Source: Tubulanus polymorphus (lineage: Eukaryota; Animalia; Nemertea). From it: a stretch of 64,000 bases of DNA. Below the pieces are notes generated by a model that was given only the letters and a program-made list of their open reading frames with translations, searched no databases and was not told the origin of the DNA. Each line of letters opens with the position of its first letter. Within the stretch, counting starts at the first letter, position 1. The translations under genes were made by a program, and so were the position numbers. Of the stretch, positions 35,440-64,000 are shown piece by piece. The stretch is taken from positions 2,790,001-2,854,000 of the forward strand of contig NC_134025.1 of the NCBI RefSeq assembly GCF_964204645.1. Direction: 5' to 3'.

Positions 35440-37589
35440 ATGTGGTTAAAAGTGGCATGTATATTGGCAGCCTTGTCATTCGCTACGATAGATGCTCGTT
35501 CGGCTAGGACTAAAAGAAGCTTAATAAAGATATTTCGGTGGCGTGATTGTGGTAAGTCCGTTTGTAGAACGATCCATTTTATAGTTAGAAATAATGCTGT
35601 TTCCTAAAGTTCATACCGATAGAGGTTAGAGATGCCTAGAATTCATACAATGAACAATAGAGATATAGTTTTTTGAATCATAAAACGAATAAAAAACTAT
35701 TTCCTTCGGACAATGAATTTCAGCGCAAATGCAAATGCGAGGATATACATAGCTTTAAACGTTTCCCGGAGCTAAATTAAAAACACATTCAATTCGAAAG
35801 TACTCGAAGATAACATTTGCTATACTAATGTGTGAAAGGTGAAAGAATCACAGGATCATGAGTAACAATAGTTAACTTTCTTATCTCTAAAACGTTTATA
35901 TCAGTGGCAATATCGAGTTCATCTCGAGTCGTATAATGGAATTTAAAGATACTTTCAGAATGCGGGCCAAATCTTTTTTGCCGACATAAGAATGTTGCTA
36001 TTGCGGACTCTGAAACGATTCGATATAGACACCACGCTTATTGACTAACTTTAATCGACGTTTTGGAGTATGATGATATCCTTTATGCCACAGGTTCCGA
36101 TCCAGATCGACCGCTTACCGTGTCATCTTTCAGCATGGCACCGATGCCAATGATGGTACCCGGTAACGTTACAATCTCATTCAGCGGAGGTTCAAACAGA
36201 GACATGGGTAACGGTAAACTAAAACTAACAATTATCAGACAAGGTTGGATGCCAATTTACATTCCGTGTGTAGAAAACATCGGATCGTGGTACGTAAAAA
36301 CCTTATAAATTCTGCGCACTAATTAATAACTCCATAAGTTTGATATAGCTATGGATAGTCATATTTCAGTTCTTTTGTTGATTGAGGCATATTTTTGTTG
36401 TTGTAATTTTTTTATTTTATTAAGATAACACAATTCTATTTCAGTGAGTATGCTGATTCGTGTCAGCTGCTGCAGGCAATGAAAGGGTGGGGCCCGCAAG
36501 CAGAATGTATTGCTCACCAGGTGAGAAACTTTTGAGAGAAAAAAAAAACGGTTAAAAGAAATGTATGTATTGGAATCATTAACTTTCATAGATTCTTAAT
36601 ACGATCAAAGCATTTCAACAAGTGAACTTTGATTTAGCGATTCATATATCAAACGTCGATAGGAAGGCATTGATTTCAAAGTTCGAATCTATTGTTGAAA
36701 GTGACCTTCGATCAGATGATTATTATCACGTGAACACATATACCCGTTCCCTAAATTCTACGATTCTTTTTTTATTCATCTATCATATTCTATGACATTT
36801 CTATCTTCAATTCGAATTAGATATCTCAAATCATAGAATCTGCCGGAGCGAATAGTCGGCAGGCCTTATGTAAATTCAAAAGAGGATACGCGCACAGCGG
36901 TTACAGGACATTATATCTCCCACCGTTACCAAACTTACCGGGAATGAGCTTAGTCATGGAGGTAAGTGTTGATAAAGATTGCCATAAGAATACGAAAATA
37001 ATTTAACAACCAAGCAGGAGTTCACTTAGGGGGAGCGCTAAGGACCCCCGATACCAGGAGGAGGGCTGGGTTCCGGGGATCTCCCCGAGATGATTTCCAA
37101 TAATGAAGCCTACCAGTTACATCTAGAGGCATCTTGAAGTCAAGACATAACCATCAAACTTTAGGCAAAAAAAAAACAACAAAAGACCAATTTTCAAAAT
37201 CTGAAATAGTTATAAAGAATCGGATTTCTAAGCAAAAAGCACACTCCAAATAATGTGAGCATTAAATTCAACAGAAACCATTAGAAACCACTTCAATAGA
37301 ACAAAAAATATTTCAAGACAAAATGCCGTTGGTCCAGAATTTTTTCCTGACACTTTTAGGATGTGCCTCGATGCTCCCTCGAAGGTCTATAAACACATAC
37401 AGCGACTAACGAAAAATGTTGCACTTCTCTTTCTAGGCAAATTACCAAATTAGAGTACAGATGACTGAACATGTGACTAACGCCGAAATCGGTTGCATTG
37501 ATATGAACATGTCTGTAAGACCAATTCATGGACGAGGAAACGAGTGTCCCGTTAATAGAGAAAATCGTCACCGGAAATATCCTCATTAA
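35440..37589 (+). CDS. GM2A: Ganglioside GM2 activator-like / ML-domain lipid-binding protein (5 exons, 225 aa, signal peptide)
   Basis: Exons 35440-35551, 36094-36289, 36445-36520, 36821-36961, 37437-37589. Motifs FRWRDCG, PMPMMVPGNVTIS, IPCVENIGSCEYADSC, NYQIRV...EIGC; hydrophobic N-terminus followed by RTKR. Strict orthology to GM2A is not established. Confidence 0.85.
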
Positions 37590-39435
37590 AATCAGCTGTC
37601 AAAAACATACGCACCGATGTAAATATGTGCACAAAACTGTTAATTTCTATTGATTATTTTTGTAATACCAGCTTGTATTAGAACGTTCAATCAATGTGAA
37701 AAAAAGATGTACATTACTTAGATTTATTGAAAATGAATAAATAAAGCAGATTAATTCTGACGCATTCCAGGTCTTTTGGATTCTCATTTCTTAACAATGA
37801 GTCGGTCATGTTGCTTTCATTTACCCACGTGACGTCAGACAAATCAATCAACTGCGACTTCCGGCAACATTTATCCGAGACCAAGCGGAGACGATTTGAA
37901 CCGGCCCGAGGCTGAGGCGCTGTGATGACGTCACATTCTTCTCTTCAGAATAAATACATTTAGAAAACTTCAACCAACAGGATTTTTTGTTTAATTTTAC
38001 AATTTATTTATACAATGCAACTAATATACAGAATGTTTCGTATATACAATAGGTTATTTAACTCGTGTCATAAAAACAGTTAAGAAGCTAACCTTATACA
38101 TTGTACATGTACCACGAATAACATGGAAATTCCTAATGATATAATGACCAGTCATTTACCCGATACTTCCCCGTGACTCGTTATCACAGATCTAAGTTTC
38201 ATCAGAATCTGGTTCCTTTTCCGTGCTCATGATTTCGAACCTAAATTTTATTTCAAGCAATCAACTTTAAGTAGAGACTTTTTAACAAGTCACACATTAT
38301 TTACAGATATCTATACACCTAAAACATTTTGACCAAAGATCCATATTCCTCTAATCGTTTTTGTCCTTCGACCAAATGCAATCATCCCGAGATATCATGG
38401 ACACTTGAGAATAAAAGAATTCACTTCTGAAATGAATACGCTTCATCACGTGGTGGGAAGGAAATCCTGCATAGTGAAAATTTGTTATACAGATTTCATT
38501 CCACATTACAGTTGGTACGAAATTTACAAGAAATGCAAAATCCAGACATTTTGACTAAATCTAGACGTTCAAATAAATCGTCATCAGATTTTCGATTTTG
38601 ATACTTGTTCAAATAAATGAGGGCGTATTCGAACAATATGAGATTATTCTCGTGAGACTCAAGAGATATCAAGAATTTCTTAGTACACAATTTTAACGTT
38701 TCTACCCATATAAAGGCCCGAACACGTTATGACCGGTCGTGTATATGTGGCCTGGCCCCTCAAACAGGTTATTCACAAAATCAACACATAAATACAGTCG
38801 TACAGTCATCATAACTGGGACATTGAATGAATTATCCAAATGATGACATACACTTGGTAAATGGAATTGGAAACACAAATTTGGATTCAAAAATACAGTC
38901 CTCTAATGAAGACTTAACAGATGAGTTTGACTGTAGAAACTTAGAGGAAATAAACAGTACATGCATTTCACAATATCTCCACACTCTTTTTTCAGAATTC
39001 AAGCAATTACAACTAACATATGCAGCATTAATTACCCAAAACAGTAAAAGGTATACATATATCACCAACAAAATAACACATAGCACCATTTAAAAATTCT
39101 TTAAAGTAGACCAAATCATCATCTACTGCACACGCATTGACTAGCACAAATTCATATAGATGTGTGTCAAATAAATAGATCAAATGTCGTAACTTGGCAT
39201 TGATTGAGTTTTTTCATCCTTGACACCTAATCTAGTACACTTCGGTCAAATGATATGTTAAGTTTATTGACTTGTTGACTTTGACTTCGACTTTTTGGCA
39301 CGGCACAATACAATTCAATTATCTCTTATTAAGTAACATAGACTTGGTGTTAATTTTTCGTAATTCTTTTTAAAAGCCTCATAGAATTGAATGAGCTATA
39401 AATTTTCCTATGTAATACTAGATGGCATCCCGGTA

Positions 39436-54779
<15,344 letters not shown>

Positions 54780-57700
54780 GGTGACAAGCGATTCGCGCCT
54801 TCACGTCAGAGAAACAGATCCTTCCTGAAAAATATAAAAATGATACAACTTTAAAGACATTTGTTTTTGTTTATGACAAACCTACATTGAGTATGTGACA
54901 AACAATGAACATTTTATCATTAGCAGCAGGTCAAATTGCTTCATCTCTGAGCAGTTTTAATAGACAGTTAAGATCCTTGCCCTGGATGGCACCTCGTAGA
55001 GACCAGAGCTTCGAGAACATGAACATGGAAAAATGCAACTGGAAGCAACTATCATTATTACTGCATTATTATCAAACATTACCGACTGTCTCTAAATCAG
55101 GGGATTCGTTAATAATGATTTTCCAAAAATGATAGTTTTAGTATTTGAATTATAATACGCCACATATTTTCAAAGAAATCAACATGGTGCAGTCATGTGA
55201 AATGTTTATTGTCGTTTTATTGGTGGTATTTAAAAGGTTCAGTGTCGGTCAGTAGGCAATTAATTCACCTATACCCTCGTGGTCCACATATAATGAGAGG
55301 AATTCATTTATGCAAGACGACAAAAGGTGTTTTAACAATAAAACTGATATTTACAAGAAAACAGAATTATTTCATTCAATAACCATTGCATTAAAAAAAA
55401 AAAACCCAAAATTTTCCTACCAATCAAACCCTAAATATACACAAGTTTTGCAACAACTTAAAACATAAAACTTTTACCAAAAACAAACATTTTCAGCATG
55501 GTTCCTAGTTGTGTTCGACCTGTATGTGTAAATCCTTTCTGCGATACTTACCTGTGACTAGCATAATGTATGCATCAACTGAGACGTGGGACAATATTGT
55601 GCATCCGCAGACAATCGCAGTATAATAGTTGATATAGCGAGACACACATGACGGGAGGTGAAATCCATGGTGATATCAACCATCGAGACGAGATGAGGAG
55701 GAGGAGCATTGTATATATCACTCGTGTATCGGATAAGAGAATAGAAATATCGATATACGCTCGGAGATACACCGTCAAAAATACCACCGAACATTTATTG
55801 CACAATTACCGATTGCCTGAAATTCTCTTGATCCAGTTTACCCAGCACCGGCTTTACAGCTTGTAAACCGTATTGCGTTACCCCATTACTGACATTGATC
55901 AAACATTGTTTAAAATTCCTCCGCCCCTGACAAAAGAAGTAATGATTGAACCTCGGTGGGTGAATAAGCGTTATTTATTTGGTATTCCAAACTGTAACTT
56001 CAAACAACAATGAAAATCTTTATCCTCCATTTTATAATGTAGTCATTGTTGTCGCTTAGGTATGATTCCAAACTGTTCAGCTGTCTGGCTGTCTGGTAAC
56101 CCAACATCGCTGTTTGTTGTAGGAATGGTCGACAAAAAAACATAATTTCTGCCTTCCAATATTGAAGACCAATCAATTGAACAGCTACTGGCTGAAGTTG
56201 TAATGATGTCAGTCAATTCGAACAGCGTTAAACCAACACGAACGACAAAAATGTTAAGATGTTTTCAAAATTGGAAAGCGCTATTGTACGCGAGTTTCTT
56301 TAAAATATTTATCACTCATACTTTTGGAATTGTTCAACCTGCTTGACCGAGAAATTAGCGACAAATTTCTACCATTCGAATACATTCACAGAAATACTCG
56401 ATGAACCTTTCAAAGAAATAGAAAAACTGAACACGCGAAAAGGCGTTAGAATAATCACTTATCTATGATACCTAATAATAGGTATCCGGTGAGAATTTTA
56501 TGTTTCTGAGTAAAGGTACACTTTATATAGATTGCAAGATATTGTTATCAAGAAGTTATGATATTATATAATGAGTTGATAACAGGTCATAATATTCTAA
56601 TTACTACACTTTATCCCTGAGCAGGTTGTTCTCTGGTGTTGTCATGGAAGGTGTGTAGTTGCCAATATTTGAATTCTTAGAAATCAATGAAGCAACTACC
56701 AGAGACTCATGTCATATTTGCATTTACTCCTACACTTTTGTTAACTGCTCATAATAATCTTGTTTATTAAGTTAATGATATTGGTTGATAAATTTTGTAC
56801 AATCATCATGTATTAGCCTAGCATTTAATTAGAAGTCTTTGAAGTTGAGCATATATACATAGACTTTCGACTGGTGATCTTTGACGTGAGGTTACAACAA
56901 ATTGAAATGTAAAAATTGTATCTACCATTAAATAAAGACCCATTGAATGTACGTAAAAACCCCTAAAAATTCCTTCAATTGATAGCACGTATAACATGAT
57001 CGCTAAAAGCCTGCTAAGGTTTACTTACTCTAGGGACAATATTTTTAGTCTAGGGGTTCAAGTCGGTTGATTAAATCCAACCATTCAAACTCAGTCAGTA
57101 GAATTCAACTACCGGCTAATCAAGAGTGGCCACTTGAAAATTAAAAAAATTTTCTCATAAGGAATTATCATTAATCATTCAGGTTTGAAAATGAACAATC
57201 AATAATAATTGTGACTGTTTCGATTAAAAAAATCTGAATCTGAATTCAGGAGAATGGGAGATTTGTACCATGAGGGGGGAGTTTAACCCGTTACCTTTAT
57301 TGTTATAATGTTAGGTACCCCATGCAGATAGTCTCACATACACAGGTATTTCTCAACAAATAAGTCTATCATTCTTAATGAACTATTAACAGTATTTTGA
57401 AGGTTCACTGACCGGTCATGTGTGACACTATTTAGAACCGTTTAAGATTTCAGAAGCATTATTTCAGCTTGATAATCGCACACAAAAGTAAACTACAAGT
57501 TCAATCTACATTGCTCGCAAGAAAAACTGAACGATTTTGATAATAGTTTAAAACATAATAAATATTTTATGATAATCAACACTTGCCGCCTCATCTGCAA
57601 CATATTGCTCGCTGTATAATACTGATTAGTTCAGCCTATGGAAGCCTATTATTATTCATCAAACGCGAATATTGATCGATAAGCTGAATAGAGATTATTG

Positions 57701-60452
57701 GTACTAAATCCAGGGATGGATGTAAAATTCGATGAATGTCATTGTTACCTTTTGCCGTGACAGAAACGCAGTATAGACATACTTCTCATTATTACAGTCT
57801 GTTCCCGGGATACGACGATATCATTCGACATAATCGGCCATACAAATTCATAGTCAATTCAAAGAAAGTATTAATCGGATGGACATCTGGTTCAAAATCA
57901 ATAGTTCTAAATCAGTTCGTGTAAATACATATTATTAAGTATTAACGGTATCTATTGTTATGGATGAAATTGAATTTTGGGAATGTCCAGATTTGAAAAA
58001 TATTCTTACCTCATAATATACTGTATATATCATATATTCTCTGATTTTGGTTAGTTTATTTGAGTCCATGGTTTCACTAAATATGAAGTATTCACTTCAG
58101 AGCTGATCGTTTTACTTGCAACTTGCCAATAGGCCTAGTACATATTGAGCAAGACAAAACACTCATAACGCACACCTCACAATGATAGATTAAGGCTGTT
58201 TAATTGTCTCCACATGAAATGACCATTGACTTGGAAAAGGTTCAACTAGGCATTCACTAAATAATAGATTGCGGTGGTGTAATTATAAAATTACAAAATG
58301 TAATGGTGCCGTAAACACCGAATTAGACTGGGCCGCAATTGTCCGATCTAAGTAAAAGTAAAATGAGAACAACAAACACTATTGGACCTATATATGAACA
58401 TTCAAAATAAACTCACATGTTCATATTCAAAAAACCTACATTCTGCTCTGAATTACATAAAATAACACACACAGACACACGTACACGTACATCGACTATA
58501 AACTGAGCCGATCTATTTTAACAGTTTATTTCATAAAACACCACCTGTTCCAGTCTACATTTTATTCATATGCTGTAACATTACAGTTTGATAAATAATT
58601 CAGAATCAAAATTCAAATATTCAAAATGAAAGTAAAACAGAAAGTTGATGGTTGATGACAATAATCTGAATACGTGCGATGAATTAGAAGTTATTCTATA
58701 TTTGATGAAACTTTACCCGACATATTCGTGTTTCGTCCCACTAGCAATTCAAATTCATACAAATCAACACTATCCCCTGAGACAAGTGCACATCTCTAAA
58801 AGCCACAAAGCTTATGTCGCGTATGTATCGCTTGAACGAAAGCAAATGTCTGCTGTCCATCTCTGTTATGGATTAAATGTTCGATATTGCCACCTATGAC
58901 GATTATTAATAAATAAGCGCAACATAGAACCCTATTGCTCAGAAAACCCGAGTACATTAAATTTATCATATTTACAGGTATCAGTTTTAATTTCTCCCAG
59001 GGCATATTCATAGAATTCACTGATGTGATGTTGTAATATTATATACGATTAGGTTAACTCCTCCTCAGAGATGGCAACTTCATTAGTCCACGATTTTATT
59101 CAGGTTAAAATGTAATAACACTTAAATAACATCAAAACAATACCCACAATAGACCTAGTATAATAGTGATGGAAAAAATTCATCAAAAATACTCACTTGT
59201 CGAATACTTTTCAGACTATGCAGGTTTTCATACCGACTGGCACGGATAGCGCTGCATTAGTTTTTCGAGCCATCCAGTGTTGACCTGAACATCTGCCTGT
59301 TTTTAATGCCATTGAAACCTGCAAACAAAATCCGGCTGTTAAAAGAATATGTGATCAACACGAAGGTCAGAGATCTGCTACAAAGATCGTCCATATACGT
59401 ACGCACATATCAGTCAGCTATTTCAGTGACAATAATCTGAAGAAAGAATCACATTTTTCTTGCGATTTTGTAATCCAACTCCATTTACAGGTCTAGTCCT
59501 ATATTCGACAGGCATGGAGTTAATTTCAGTTCAATTGGCAAACCTCAATGACGTATATACGTGTGCTTCCAGCAATAGCGACTGTCAAATATTAACCATA
59601 GAAAACGCATGCTTTAGTGGGTTGTTGAGAGAGCTGTGCATTGGCTTGAAAATCTAAACAATAAAGCTAACCGTCTATACAAACAAAATGTTCGTAAAAG
59701 CTACCAGAAAAACCGGACTTACATAAATTAAACATACCTCATTTGTAGAGACTACTGTTTAATTACTCTAACTGTATAAACACAGAACAACCTACGAGAC
59801 AAAAACCAATGTGTGAGGCTTCATTTCAATTTTAATACCAGACTTTGCATAAACCGTTGTAACAGGTGTTTCTCTCTGCAATTCATAATTCTAGCTTGTG
59901 CATAAGAAAAACTATCATTTCAGCAAAAAATTTTGATTACAGATTAAACGAACAATAGACAATGAAACATATTAAATATCATATTATAAATATTAAAATA
60001 TATATATATATATATATGAATTAATTGTTCTTTCAACAGGTTTTTTCATTTCTAGGGTAATAGCAATGCTAGAATTTATTTTTAAAAGGCTTAGGGGTCT
60101 AACCGAATTAGTAGGTACATAACCACACTCCCGGCTTTTAGCTGGCTTAATCGGTGGGTCCAAGTTCCAAAACATCAAGGCTCTACCCTAGCTTTTTTGA
60201 TCTTAAAATAGGGATTGTCCCCGTTTTTTGGTTGGTAAATTTTGTTTGATTTTCTGATTGCTAGTGTCCTTTACAGACCCACCACACCTGCCGGGAGCGA
60301 AACAGGGGGTTTGATTTTGAAATCGGAAACCCTACTTTATGTGATGAGTCCCAGTGGCGAATGCATTAATCCTTGTGGCATGTATTGCGCAATAAATTTA
60401 ATACAGTGGCAGATATTGAGTGAAATTCATAATAAAAGGAGATTATTCTCAC

Positions 60453-61160
60453 CCGTATATGGATGAACATCGTTTAAACTACTCGATCATGTTTTATTAT
60501 GACACAATATTTCTGATATCAAACATTTCGCTCTTTTTACGAGGTTTTAAAGGCTAAATTTAAGTTTATGATTCCCGGTTATTCTCCTACGGCGCAACGT
60601 CCTTGAACGCGTTATCCGCGCGCGAGAACTGCTTAACTAGCTGCCACCGAAAAGAAACCTCGCTTTCCAGTGTTGAAGTCTTCCGAGTGACGAGTTCGGC
60701 AATCTCCGTCATTCCACGTACAAACGAATTCAAGATGGCCGACCTTGATAGTTTCTAAATTGAGAGGTTTGTAAATTAATAATTCGATTATTTCTCGTTT
60801 GACGATCGCTTCTGATGAGATTTAAGAGCAGTTTAAGATACACTTTGTATATGTTGATATTATCAGCGAAAATGGCCCGATAAGAAACAGTTTGAAAGGG
60901 TATAAGAATAGTTAATTTGCCCAAATTTCTATCCGGAATCCCATCTCGTCTCGACTCCCTGTCACTCCTCATCGATCCGCCGCCGGTCGGCTTTTTTATT
61001 TGTTCAGATGTTATGATTTCTAGAAGCTGAACTCGTATTTATATTTTTAGTTGTTTGAATTAAACTGATCGCTCAACTGAACACAACACTCTCGGCTGAG
61101 ACCTAAACATTCCAGCAACAATATTTAACCTGAAATAGAAGTTCATCATATCATGTCAAG
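60453..61160. promoter_or_regulatory. Probable bidirectional promoter / 5' UTR region (RhoGEF / ICA1)
   Basis: CpG-richer patch ~60570-60740, YY1-like aagatggc (~60733), minus-strand donor (gtgag) at ~60452, head-to-head gene arrangement. Confidence 0.45.
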
Positions 61161-63927
<2,767 letters not shown>

Positions 63928-64000
63928 GTAAGTGATATTCAAATCGTGTTGTTTGTGTTTGTTTATTCAATGATGTTGTTTTGATTCACGAATCATCTCC

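Overview
AT-rich, intron-containing animal genomic DNA (invertebrate; a lophotrochozoan-like origin is an inference only). Gene models were built by hand from GT-AG boundaries and frame continuity. Left to right: the 5' end of a possible membrane-protein gene running off the left edge; a ZC2HC1C-like zinc-finger gene (-) head-to-head with an uncharacterised 351-aa beta-propeller-like gene (+); a ~23-kb array (11.1-34.1 kb) of nine intact calmodulin/calmodulin-like genes (labelled A-I here) in both orientations, interrupted by a CBM20-domain gene; a GM2-activator/ML-domain gene; a large DH-PH RhoGEF gene (-) with a 5.1-kb coding exon and several candidate first exons; and the 5' part of ICA1/ICA69 (+). 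A tRNA-derived SINE, several MITE-like palindromes and two long (AT)n tracts are also present. The most notable system is the calmodulin array: one canonical CaM plus eight paralogues, all with four plausible EF-hand loops, showing localised nucleotide homogenisation, patchy intron loss, loss of the Lys115 methylation site in three copies, and novel N- or C-terminal extensions.
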